A program made the translations under genes and the position numbers. The notes under the pieces are model-generated. The model saw only the letters and a program-made list of their open reading frames with translations. It ran no database searches and was not told the DNA's origin. A stretch of 63,872 nt of DNA, filler included, from Octopus bimaculoides (taxonomy: Eukaryota): the NCBI RefSeq assembly GCF_001194135.2. It is 5 parts of 5 records of this genome, joined end to end, with 100 filler letters (N's around TTAATTAATTAA, not from the genome) between each part and the next. Parts side by side here need not be neighbours in the genome. Positions count along the whole stretch, not along the records: positions 25,609 to 54,450 come from NC_068986.1; positions 54,551 to 57,199 come from NW_026436011.1; positions 57,300 to 62,346 come from NC_068984.1; positions 62,447 to 63,872 come from NW_026329360.1; 1 more part is not named here. One strand, given 5' to 3'. Below, in pieces: positions 52,080 through 63,872 of the stretch (its first letter is position 1; every line of letters starts with the position of its first letter).

Positions 52080-52202
52080 TTGCATTTTCATCCATTTGGG
52101 GTTGATAAAACAAGTACCAGTTGAACACTGGGATCAATATAATTGATTCATCACCTCCGCCAAAGTTTCAGGTCATGTGCCTATAGTAGAAAGGATTATT
52201 AC

Positions 52203-52250
<48 letters not shown>

Positions 52251-52273
52251 TATTATTATTATCATCATCATCA

Positions 52274-52310
<37 letters not shown>

Positions 52311-52545
52311 CATCATCATCATCATCATTATTAGGGCAGTGAGCTGGCAGAATCGTTAGCACACCGGGCAAAATGCTTAGCAGCATTTCGTCTGTCTTTA
52401 TGTTCTGAGTTCAAATTCTGCCAGGGTCAGCTTGGCCTTTTATCCTCACGGGGGTCAATGAAATAAGTACTAGTTGAGCACTGGAGTTGGTGTAATAAAC
52501 TAGTCCCCTCCCCCAAAATTTCCGTCCTTCTGCCTTTTGTAGAAA
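52080..52545 (+). mobile_element. Two tandem family B SINE copies separated by (ATC/ATT)n
   Basis: Partial copy 52080-52200 and fuller copy 52335-52545. Confidence 0.72.
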
Positions 52546-52619
52546 GGGTTATTACTATTATCTTATAACAATTTATGTATCAGCTTCCAGAAATGTGTTT
52601 AATATGTAAAATTGGCATA

Positions 52620-53909
52620 TATTGGATCATCCCATAAATAATGTGGTTTATTTCAATTGCATGAACTAAAAGTCAGAGGGGGATGGGATAAACTACCTAC
52701 ATCAACCTGTTATAAAAGTAGGTAGTAATTTTATCTTGTTTTTATTCTAAGTGCAAGTTTTGAAGAGTGCAGTTCAATTTTAACAGTTATTTTTTCAAAG
52801 TTATAATGGAAGTGACAAAGGAGCATATTCGGCATATTTTGCTTTATGAGTTCAATAAAAGCAACAACACAGCAGAAAGTGTGAGAAATATTAATGCAGT
52901 ATATGGATACTGGACAATAAGTGTAAGCCAGTGTCAATGGTGGTTCCAGAAATTCTGAGCCAGAAACTACAGCTTAGAAGATGAGCCTTGTCCTGGAAGA
53001 TCTATAGAGCTCAACAAGACTGGCCGGCAAACTCTGATGGAACAAAAGCTCATCGTAACTGTTGAGGAACTAACAGAGATGTTTGGATTTGGTCATTTAA
53101 CCATTCATTGACACCTGCGTGCCATCGGAAAGGTCAGCAAACTGGGTCAATGGGTTCCTCACAAACTTTTTGAGTCTAATTGTGCACAGAGAGTGAATGT
53201 ATACTCTTCTTTTCTGTCCTATCTTATAAATGAACCTTTTTTGGATGATTAGTGACTGGTGACAAGAAATGGGTTCTCTATAAGAATGTCAAGCACCGAA
53301 GACAGAGGGTCAAGAAAGGAGAAACACTGGCACCCCAGGCTAAAGAAGTTCTTCACCCACGTAAGGTGTTGTTATCTGTTTGGTGGGATATGAAAGGTTT
53401 AGTCCGCTCTGAACTTTTAAACCCAAACCAAATGATAACAAAGGAGATCTGCTGCAAACAGCTTGAGTGGCTTCAGTCAATGCTGGAAGGAAAACGACCA
53501 TCTTTGGTTTCAAGACAAAAGGTGTTCTTCCATCAGGGTAATGCTCAGCCACATACAGCAAAGATGACATCCCAAAAGCTGGAGCAGTTTGAATGAGAAA
53601 CGATGCCCCACTCACCATATTCAGTGGACATTACTCATCTGATTATCATTTATTCCGCAGTCTTCAAAATTATTTGGACGGGAAAAATATGAATTCTGCA
53701 GATGAGGTCTGAACAGTACTGAAGAAGTATTTTTCATCACAGACAAGTGAATTTTGGAAGATGAGCCTTGCAAGTCTACTAGACAGATGGAAGAGCATTG
53801 TAGAAAATAAAGGAGAGTATATTTTAATCAAAAAAGAACTTCGTTAATCTTAATTTTGAAAAATATAAGAAGTATAAAAGAAACACATTATTTATGGGAT
53901 GACCCATTA
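52620..53909 (+). mobile_element. Full-length inactive mariner (D,D34D type) with TIRs and TA duplication; ATG at 52806
   Basis: TA-TTGGATCATCCCATAAATAATGTG ... CACATTATTTATGGGATGACCCAT-TA, about 1.29 kb; WVPH, TGDKKW, KVLLSVWWD, HQGNAQPH, PYSVD and DYHLFRSLQ motifs with stops and frameshifts. Confidence 0.93.
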
Positions 53910-53980
53910 CAATAACATTACACTGCTATATTTAGTGGTTATTTAAGCAATGTCTTCATGGATGATTAGTGGGTTGGATG

Positions 53981-54020
53981 GATGCTGATGAAGGAGTAAA
54001 AACTCCTGAAATATAGCATG
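53981..54020 (+). ncRNA. Degenerate hammerhead-like motif (PLE-type)
   Basis: ATG-CTGATGA-A-GGAG-TAAAAA-CTCC-TGAAAT-ATA-GCAT; helix II perfect, other parts need repair. Confidence 0.35.
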
Positions 54021-54154
54021 TATGCCCTTTACCTATTTTTCGTCTTTGATCTCATTGTTGTGAGCATCAGGTATCTCGGATATGAAACGTTGTAACAAAA
54101 ATCAGCGCTGGCTATAACTTCTATGGAATATCTACAGAGATAAATTTAACAAGT

Positions 54155-54190
<36 letters not shown>

Positions 54191-54550
54191 TACACACACA
54201 CTTGCACACAAGGGTGAATCAGAAAGTAATGCATTTTTATTTGCATTACTTTTTCACTCACCCTTGTATATGGTGGAGGTGTGCATATGCATTTGTATGT
54301 ATTTATGTGTGTATGTGTGTGTACGTAAGTGTGGGTATGTGTATATGTGTATATTTGTGTCTCCTTGTTTTGGCCTTGTGTGACAGTTGTAAATGAGTGT
54401 TACTGTCATAGAAGCACATGTGAAAACATGTCTGGACATGGGGAAATATTNNNNNNNNNNNNNNNNNNNNNNNNNNNNNNNNNNNNNNNNNNNNTTAATT
54501 AATTAANNNNNNNNNNNNNNNNNNNNNNNNNNNNNNNNNNNNNNNNNNNN

Positions 54551-57198
54551 CAAACGACCAAACGATCGAAGGAACCAACGAAAGAACGAACGATCTACGT
54601 ACGTAAGAACGAACGATCGTACCTACATACGAAGGAATGAACGGACGTACGTAGATAAGTACGTATGAACGAACGAGCGATAGAACGAACGAACGTACGT
54701 ACGTAAATACGAACCTAAGTACGTACGTCCGAATGAACAAATGAACGTACATACGAACGAACGAACGTACGTACGAAAGAATGAACGAACGTACGTAAAA
54801 ACGAAGGACGAACGAGCGAACCTACGTAAGTACAAACGAACTAACGATCGAACAAACAAAACACAGAACGAATGAAGGATCGAACGAGCGAACGAATGTA
54901 CGTACGTACGAACGAATGAACGAANNNNNNNNNNGAACGTACGTAAAAACGAAGGACGAACGAGCGAACCTACGTAAGTACAAACGAACTAACGATCGAA
55001 CAAACAAAACACAGAACGAATGAAGGATCGAACGAGCGAACGAATGTACGTACGTACGAACGAATGAACGAACGAAATAAAAGATCGAACGAACGAACGT
55101 AATTACGTACGTACGAACGAACGGATGGACGAGCGTACGTATGTACGAACAAACAAAGGAACGAACGAACGAACGTACATACGTACGAACAAGGGAACGA
55201 ACGAACTAATGAACGAACGAACTAATGAACGAACGAACTAACGACCGACATTTTTCACATACGTACGTAGCAACGAACGAATGAACGTACATATGAATCA
55301 ACGAACGAACGAATGAAAGAATTAACGAACGAATGAACGAAAGAAGGAACGAATGATAGAACAAACGATTTAACGAACAATCGTAGGTGTATACGTACGA
55401 ACGAACGAACAAATGAGCGTACGTACGTACGCAGGAACGAACGAACGAACCAACGAAAGAAGGAACGAACGATGGAACGAATGAACGAAGGAACAAAAGA
55501 ACGAACGAAAGTACGTAGGTACGTACAAACAAACGAACGGACGAAAGATTCAATGAACGAAGGTACGTACGAATCAACGAAAGACAGAACGTACGTTCGT
55601 TCGTTCTTACTTAGTTACGTACGTAAGTTCTTTCTTTTGTTCGTTCGTTCGATCGTTCGTTCGTTCGATTTTTCGTTTGTTCTTTCGCTCGTACGTACCT
55701 TCGGTCGTTCAATCTTTCGTTCGTTCGCTCGTTCGTACGTACGTACGTACTTTCGTTCGTTCTATTGTTCCTCCAAACGTACGTAAGTACGAACGAACGA
55801 ACGTAATTACGTACGTACGTACGAACCAATGAACGAACGAGCGAACGAACGAACGAACGTACGTACGTACTTACTTATGTACGTACGCACGAATGAACGA
55901 ATGAAAGAACGTACGTACGAACGAATGAACGAAAGAATCAAAGAACGAAAGAACTAACGAACGGCCGAACGAAAGAACGTACGTGTGTACGTACGTCCAT
56001 ACGTAAGAATGAAGGAATGAACGAACGTACGTACGAACAAACGAACGAACGTACGACCAAACGATCGAAGAAACCAACGAAAGAACGAACGTACGTACGT
56101 ACGTAAGAACGAACGTACGTACGTACGTAAGAACGAACGATCGTACGTACATATGAACGAATGAACGGACGTACGTAGATAAGTACGTATGAACGAACGA
56201 GCGATAGAACGAATGAACGTACGTACGTAAATACGAACCTAAGTACGTACGTCCGAATGAACAAATGAACGTACATACGAACGAACGAACGAACGTACGT
56301 ACGAACGAATGAACGAACGAAATAAAAGATCGAACGAACGAACTAACGAACGACATTTTGCACATACGTACGTAGCAACGAACGAACGAACGTACATATG
56401 AATCAACGAACGAACGAATGAAAGAATTAACGAACGAATGAACGAAAGAAGGAACGAATGATAGAACAAACGATTTAACGAACAATCGTAGGTGTATACG
56501 TAGGAACGAATGAACAAATGAACGTACGTACGTACGTAGGAACGAACGAAGGATTGATCGAACCAACGATGGAACGAATGAACGAAAGAAGGAACGAATG
56601 ATAGAACAAACGATTTAACGAACAATCGTAGGTGTATACGAACGAATGAACGAACGAACGAACATATGAACGTACGTACGTACGCAGGAACGAACGAAAG
56701 ATTGATCGAACCAACGAAAGAAGGAACGAACGATGGAACGAGTGAACGAAGGAACAAAAGAACGAACGAAAGTACGTAGGTACGTACAAACAAACAAACG
56801 AACGAACGAAGGTACGTACGAGCGATCGAACGAACGAACGAAAGACAGAACGTTCGTTCGTTCGTTCTTACTTAGTTACGTACGTAAGTTCTTTCTTCTG
56901 TTCGTTCGTTCGATCGTTCGTTCGTTCGTTCGATCGTTCGATTGTTCGTTCGCTCGTACGTACCTTCGGTCGTTCAATCTTTCGTTCGTTCGTTCGCTCG
57001 TTCGTACGTACGTACGTACTTTCGTTCGTTCTTTTGTTCCTCCGAACGTACGTAAGTACGAACGAACGAACGTAATTACGTACGTACGTACGAACCAATG
57101 AACGAACGAGCGAACGAACGAACGTACGTACTTACTTATGTACGTACGTACGAATGAACGAACGAACGAATGAAAGAACGTACGTACGAACAAATGAC
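54551..57198. repeat. CpG-dense tetranucleotide-register array (AACG/TACG/AATG units) with higher-order duplication and two internal fold-backs
   Basis: Strand flips to TTCG at ~55590-55775 and ~56850-57040; hairpin-centre sequence repeated about 1265 bp apart. Confidence 0.9.
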
Positions 57199-57299
57199 CN
57201 NNNNNNNNNNNNNNNNNNNNNNNNNNNNNNNNNNNNNNNNNNNTTAATTAATTAANNNNNNNNNNNNNNNNNNNNNNNNNNNNNNNNNNNNNNNNNNNN

Positions 57300-57522
57300 G
57301 GCACATAAAAGACACCATTTCGAGCGTGGCCGTTTTCGTGCGGGTGACACGTAAAAGCACCCACTACACTCTGAGTGGTTGGCGTTAGGAAGGGCATCCA
57401 GCTGTAGAAACTCTGCCAAATCAGACTGGAGCCTGGTGTTGCCATCCGGTTTCACCAGTCCTCAGTCAAATCGTCCAACCCATGCTAGCATGGAAAGCGG
57501 ACGTTAAACGATGATGATGATG
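57300..57522 (+). mobile_element. RTE-type 3'-tail repeat (family E), little diverged
   Basis: Ends CCCATGCTAGCATGGAAAGCGGACGTTAAACGATGATGATG. Confidence 0.8.
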
Positions 57523-58313
57523 ATATATATATAACTGGACAAGTTTTTACACAAAATTGGAAAAACAAACAACACCATTTGTATGATGGTAGCACTTGTT
57601 TACCACATCACATGGTATCAAGACAAAGACACATACATGGTGAAAATCTACTCATGACCAATTAACACCACTTTCTTAACTCAGTAAGTCCATGCAAACG
57701 TTCTGAGAGTCCAAAAAGTTCTTGAGCATGAATTTGCTTTCAATGAATAAAGTTTTGCACAGCACTAACCCACTTTTCAACATAATCAATTATAAAATCA
57801 GTGGCACAACAGAAGATGAGACGACCAGAAACCAACTGCACATCAGGGTTTTTTTGTACAAGTTTACTTCTCTTAGAAGAAAGTTCTAACAAGAATTGGG
57901 GGTCCTTCACTCCCAGTGGTTTGCATGTTAATTAGCCTATTGCTGGGACCTTGACAGATGCTACTACTCTGGATCAGAGTAGACCAGGTAACAATAATGG
58001 CTATGATGTGGTTCCACACTCCTCGGAATTCTGGAAATCAGAACCAGAGTCCAAATACTAGATGCAGTTTAAAGTCATACCCAGGACTTTGTCATAATAG
58101 ATTGAATTTGGAGGATGTGTGTCAGTTTCTTTTGCATCTTCTTAGAGAATCCTAGCATTTCTAAGTTTTTGTGCAAATCCATAGTTACATAGCTCACTGA
58201 TGATGGTAAAAAATACAAATGAAAACCCAGAGCCAGGGTACAAGAGCTATATGTTCCACATTAGTTCACCATAAATGTTCTCTTTGTTAAACGATGTATG
58301 TTTGTATGTGTGC

Positions 58314-58393
<80 letters not shown>

Positions 58394-59624
58394 TATGGCT
58401 TAGCCAGCAGGATGGCATTCATGCTTTTATGCAAGACCTTTGAGACTGGTGGAATGGGGAATGGAAGTGTATGTGTGTGTGTCACGCCCATTAATATATA
58501 TGAGTGTCTGTACTTGTGTTGAATAAAATAAAGTAATATATACACTAAAATATAAAATTATCTGGCAAAGTAATTGATTGATATCTGTTCTGTAATTAAT
58601 ATATATATGTATTACTCATGATTCCTCATTTTGGCACAAAGCCACGATGCAAAGCATGACAGTGCAGTCAGTTTAAATGATTCCTGCCCCCACTCTTGCT
58701 CACTACTCAATTGCTGATTATTGCATATCATTGATGGAATCATGAAAGGCAAAACTGACTTCATTGGTATATGAATGTACATTGTAAAGGGATTTGATCC
58801 ATTGTTACTTTGTCTTGCCTTTTTCATTTGGTCTATAAAAACATAATACAATAAAAATACACAAAACCAAAAACAAGAAAATCTACACTTTGTTAAAGTA
58901 CTTTTGAAGGGAACACCCTAGCAGAGCCATACCCTACTGGTTAAAACCAGAAGAAAAGTAATAAATATATGTATATATGGGCCAGTGTTTTTTTTTTTTC
59001 CAAACTTGGATGTATGGATGGATAGATAGATGGATGGATGGATGGGTGGGTGGTTTAGGTAGGTGTAATTGCTTATCAGTGGTTTGTTCTAATTTTTTGA
59101 GGGAGCAGATAGCAGGTATTCATGCATTCAAGCTTTCAATAAATATTTGTATTCCTTGCATTCCAACTGTAGTTGCTAGAAGATTTTTCTAGATGCAGAA
59201 GATTATTTTAGAAAATTATTTACATTCATTATGCGCTCGCTCGCTCTCTCTCTCTCTCTCTTTCGCTTTCATTCTTGAGTCTGTGGTTGATGGTACTTAA
59301 ATTATTATTATCATTATTATTTTTTTTTTTTTGAATGGGTGATAGGAATAGTAGGGTGGAAGTTACAATGGTTAATGTTCATTTAAACAATTGCAGAATA
59401 ATTAGAAGAGTGGGGCATAAGGAGAATTTAGCTATTTCGCACATGGTCTAGTAGGGATGAGGCAAAATAGGAGGTTGTGAAGAGGAAAGGAAAGTGCTTT
59501 CGGTTAGCTTAGTTAGAGGTGATGTACAATCAGCAAGTTCAGAGTAGAAGAGAGTTTTCTAACAACTGCAGAAGATTATGTCCTTAATCTTACTACTACT
59601 GTGCTGTTACGATTATTTCCTCAT

Positions 59625-59872
59625 AATCATCATCATCATCATCGTTTAACGTCCACTTTCCATGCTAGCATGGGTTGGACAATTTGATTGAGGACTGGTG
59701 AACCAGATGGCTACACCAGACTCCAATCTGATTTGGCAGAGTTTCTACAGCTGGATGCCCTTCCTAACGCCAACCACTCCGAGAGTGTAGTGGGTGCTTT
59801 TACGTGCTACCGGCACGAAGGCCAGTCAGGCGGTACTGGCAACGGCCACGCTCAAAATGGTGTATTTTACGT
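59625..59872 (-). mobile_element. RTE-type 3'-tail repeat (family E)
   Basis: Reverse complement of 57300-57522. Confidence 0.8.
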
Positions 59873-62055
59873 GCAAACTTTTTTATTATTTTTTTCTGAA
59901 AATATGGGGTTTAATTTGATAGCTTTACAATGAGTTTATTTCCAAGGGAACTGGGTCAAGTGCATCTGGTTTGCAGGCAATGCAAAAACTGCTATCTGTG
60001 TGGGCACTATGGACAGGTTCATGTTAACAAGGAAAAACAAACTTTAAAACCACACACACACGAGAAAGAGACAGAGGATGATCGAGTTGACAGAGCTATG
60101 GAGAATCAGTCTAGCTGTTGCATGTTCATGGACAAGAAACCAAACAAACAATTCACATTATATACATTTTCAGTATTTAAAACCAAGTCAGCCCTGACTG
60201 AGCAGATTAATGATAAAAAAAATCATTCCAGCTTTGGTTTTCAGAGAGTGGGCTGGTGTACTTTGAGAGAGATATAGCTGCTATTTCTAGTAGATTGAGC
60301 AACCATACGAAAGTTCCTTTGTTAGTTTATTTTCAATAATAGTTATATGGTAACCATCGAAAATAATTTGTGTATAAGGTGAATTGACGTGCATACACAT
60401 ATATACACACACATACATATGTACATACAAGCACACACATGTGGTAACTCAAACTCTGGTGATCCGTTGAACCTATGCCAGTATAGAAAGTAGATGTAAA
60501 ATGGATATATGTACATACAGTGAATTGACAGAATAGTTAGTATGTCAGATAAAATGCCTTGTGGAATTTGTCTCACTTTTCTGGGCTGTCATTCTTTCCA
60601 TGTTGGTAAATAAAATCCTAATTGAATACCTGGGCCTGATTCTTAACCTTCCTAGATTGTACTTGTAATTTAAAATTTCAGCTTCATCACATTGTATCAC
60701 ACTGATTCAGTATGAGAAATGCATTAACAATACATTTATCTCTGGAATACTTATCATCTTCATCATTTAATGTCCATTTACCATGCTGGTATGGACTGAA
60801 TGGTTTGACAGAAGCTGGCAAGTTGGAGGGCTACACCAGGCTCCAGTTGTCTGCTTTGGTATGGTTTCTATGATTGGATGCTCTTCCTAATGCCAACTAC
60901 TTTACAAAGTGTACTGAATGCTTTTTTTTATGTGGCCCCAGCACATGGCACTAGCACAGGTGTTTACGTTAATTTGCTGCTGTACATGTCATGATATATA
61001 ACTTGGTTTGGGGATGCTCTTATTATCACTAACCATTTTATAGCACTTTACAGCAACATTCTGAGAGTATTATTTCATGCTATCAGGATTAGAGAGGGTA
61101 ATACCTAACTAAAAAATCCTCTCTACATTGTGTCTCTGACTGCTCCTTGTTTTGGCATGGCTTTTTACAGCTAGATACTTTGTACTTTAAAAAACAACAC
61201 AAACCACTTTACAACCATGGACTGGGTGCATTTTACCATGCCCCCAGCACTAGAGAAATTGACTCGGACAAGATTTCAGAATCCTTTCTATACTACATAG
61301 CTCTCTTGCTTCATTGCTTTTTGATATGCAGTTTCCAGCTGGTTGCCCTTCATAACGCAAACCACTTACACCATTTTATCATATCATTAGCAATAGAGAG
61401 GTTGTTTCCGACGACAAAAGAAATTCCACTACCCTACATTATCTTAATTCCTTCCTTCCTTTTTATAAGAAACTTCCCTCCTCCCCAACAGGACCCCCAC
61501 CAAAAAAAAACAAAAAAACCCAAGGTCAATAGACAAGCAAACAGACTAGGACTGATGAAGTAAACATTTATTGTTAAAAAAACAGGAAGATGCATGTCAG
61601 AGAGTATAGTATTAGCAGACTGAGAAAATAGAAAAATATAATAATGAAAATGATATCATAATAGAAAACAGTACAAAAGATAGAGAGAAGAGATTAATAT
61701 AGAATATGATGGAGATAGAACCTACAAGTGACTTCTCTATAAAAATAGTTCAGTATAAAAACATCTTCACATAAGGAATCAGATTTGAAATCTTTGATTG
61801 ATTAATTTCCTTTTATAAACTTTGATCTTTTCTTGAAATGATTTATCTTCTAATTCATCAAAAAAAAAAAAATATATATATATGTTTTTATCCATTACTT
61901 GTTTTAGTCATTGGACTGGTCATGCCAGGGCACCACTTTGATATATATGTGTGTGTGTGTGTGTGTGTAAAAACATATATATAGATACATATACATATAT
62001 ATCTGCACATACACATATATAAATATAACTATATATATATATATATATATATATA

Positions 62056-62345
62056 AGGGAAGCTAGGCGACAGGTTTATTTAGCCAGAGGGGAAGCAGAT
62101 AAGAAAAGATTTGCCAATGTTCTGCGCCATGAGGACCAAAGACTTGAGGTATTTCGTGTTGCAAGACAGTGTAGGAGAGAGAATAGTGATGTTGTAGGAG
62201 AGAAATGTGTTCGCATGGATGATGGTACGCTTGCACTAAATGAGGCTGCAAAGAAAGAGGTCTGGAGATGCCACTACGATAGATTGCTTAATAAAGAGAA
62301 TGAATGGGAGAAAGAGAGCCTGCCGTATGTCGACCCAACAGAGGG
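62056..62345 (+). mobile_element. RTE-clade LINE ORF fragment (region upstream of RT), runs into gap
   Basis: Open frame REARRQVYLARGEADKKRF...VFRVARQCRRENSDVVGEKCVRMDDG...KEVWRCHYDRLLNKENEW. Confidence 0.8.
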
Positions 62346-62448
62346 ANNNNNNNNNNNNNNNNNNNNNNNNNNNNNNNNNNNNNNNNNNNNTTAATTAATT
62401 AANNNNNNNNNNNNNNNNNNNNNNNNNNNNNNNNNNNNNNNNNNNNTT

Positions 62449-62945
62449 GAAGAGTTTGATTTTATTCAGGTCAAATACCTGCCACCTAACACAACTACTC
62501 TAATACAACCAATGAACCAACAGGTCGTTGCCCTGTTTCGAAAGTGTTTTGAAATCACTAATGACACTCAATTAATTCTCAGAGAATTTTGGTAAAAACA
62601 TTTCAATATCCTGACTTGTGTTAATCTTATTGATAATGCATGGAACCAAGTGAGTTACAGAACCATGAATTCAGCATGAAAGAAACTTTGGCTAGGCTGT
62701 ACCAGAACGAGGCTTTGATGGGTTTGAGACTGCTACAAGTACTGCTGCTGTCGAAGAAATTGCTATTGTTGATGATATTGTCTCTATGGGAAAAACTATG
62801 GGCTTGGATGTCGACAGTGAAGATATTGAAGAGCTGGTTGAAGACCACTGTACTGAGCTTACCACCGAAGTGCTCGTACACCTTCAAAATGAACAGTAAA
62901 AGACTTTGACTGAGGAAATGTCTTCTGAGGAGGAAAGAAAGGAGT
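62449..62945 (+). pseudogene. Tigger/pogo DDE transposase C-terminal relic
   Basis: VKYLPPNTTTLIQPMNQQV...LREFW*KHFNI..CVNLIDNAWNQV...IVSMGKTMGLDVDSEDIEELVEDH. Confidence 0.85.
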
Positions 62946-63279
62946 ATGTCCCAAGTTTATACGTGCCCATAACAAAGCGAGTTTTCACGTCTATACACAA
63001 GCACGATGACCACATGTATTTATATCAAAAATAGGACCGCAGATAATGCGGGTTCTAGATGAAGAGTAAAAATATTATTCTAAAATTTTATTTATTTATT
63101 TATTTATATACATAAAAAAGAAGATAAAAATCACATTTACATATATTGAGCTAAAGACAGAAGAAAATCTATTTAAGATTTCAATCTTGAAATTAGCTAA
63201 TTTACAATTAATGTGGAATCTTTTTAAATATCCTCTCACTAGCCCGCTTTCAATAGCATGTATTTATGGAGTTTTTCGG

Positions 63280-63872
63280 TAGGATAATAATATACAGTTT
63301 AATGCTGAAAAATTCCAAGCCCTGCGCTACCAGCGTCCAAAACTGAATACAAAACTTACAGGGTCCACTGGTCCACAGGGGATTACAATCCCAGAGCCTA
63401 AATCAGTGAGGGACCTGGGTATCAACATGAGTGGTGATACCTCTTTTCAAGTGCACATTACCAGGATGACGACAAAGTGCAGACGACTGGCTGGATGTAT
63501 CCTGAAAACGTTCAGAACCAGAGAAAAAGAAACCATGATGGTCACCTGGAGGACATTCGTCCTCAGTCACCTAGATTACTGCTCCCAGCTATGGTCACCC
63601 AACAGTGTAAAATTAACAGCGGACCTTGAAGCAATCCAGCGAAGCTTCACAAAGAAGATCGTCTCATTGCAACAGCTCAGCCACTGGGAAAGGCTGAAAA
63701 AGCTAAGACTCAACTCCCTGGAGCAAAGGCGGGTGAAGTATGCAATAATATACATCTGGAAGATCCTAGAAGGAATTGTGCCAAATTTTGGCATTGAAAG
63801 TCATACCAATGCCAGAACGGGTCGACACTGCGTAGTGCCAAAGATCCCAGCAATGCCATCGTGCTTCAGGAC
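63280..63872 (+). mobile_element. CR1-group LINE RT C-terminal region, open frame running off the window
   Basis: DNNIQFNAEKFQALRY...SVRDLGINMS...FVLSHLDYCSQLWSP...LEAIQRSFTKKI...WERLKKLRLNSLEQRR...IYIWKILEG. Confidence 0.9.

Noticed and set aside
54790-55070. Exact ~145-bp direct duplication across a 10-N gap
   Set aside because: Most likely an unmerged contig overlap.
54495-57193. RSFV/RTYV-repeat ORFs
   Set aside because: Arise from the 4-bp-register array in overlapping frames.
59930-60277. Cys-rich ORF (VCRQCKNCYLCGHYG)
   Set aside because: Lacks the second His/Cys of a CCHC knuckle, the rest is low-information, and no flanking exons were found.

Overview
Animal genomic DNA, AT-rich, full of N-gaps and saturated with microsatellites and transposon relics. 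The SINE families point to a coleoid cephalopod, most likely Octopus (inference). No complete host gene is recognisable, and nearly every ORF in the supplied track comes from a microsatellite, an N-run or a transposon. Recognisable elements: several tRNA-derived SINE families; CR1-group, RTE, Tx1/L1 and restriction-like-endonuclease (REL; R4/Dong-like) LINE fragments; Tc1/mariner relics (a DD37E TRT-type copy, a full-length mariner with TIRs and TA duplication, a rosa/VS-type copy); Tigger; a hAT MITE; a Helentron-type HINE. The main signal is a set of minimal type-I hammerhead-ribozyme motifs of the Penelope-like-element (PLE) kind, carried by non-coding elements. One carrier is a tRNA-headed SINE with a hammerhead in its 3' tail (4 copies, two as an inverted pair). 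The others are long fold-back elements with a hammerhead or hammerhead-like motif in each arm. Also notable: REL-LINEs inserted in (AAT)n or (CATA)n, an unexplained ~550-bp (AAT)n-tailed element, a 2.6-kb CpG-dense (AACG/TACG) array with internal hairpins, and one candidate signal-peptide exon. Four TTAATTAATTAA motifs inside 100-bp N blocks are scaffolding linkers, so adjacency across them is not supported by sequence. Most repeat boundaries are approximate (about +/-10-20 bp).
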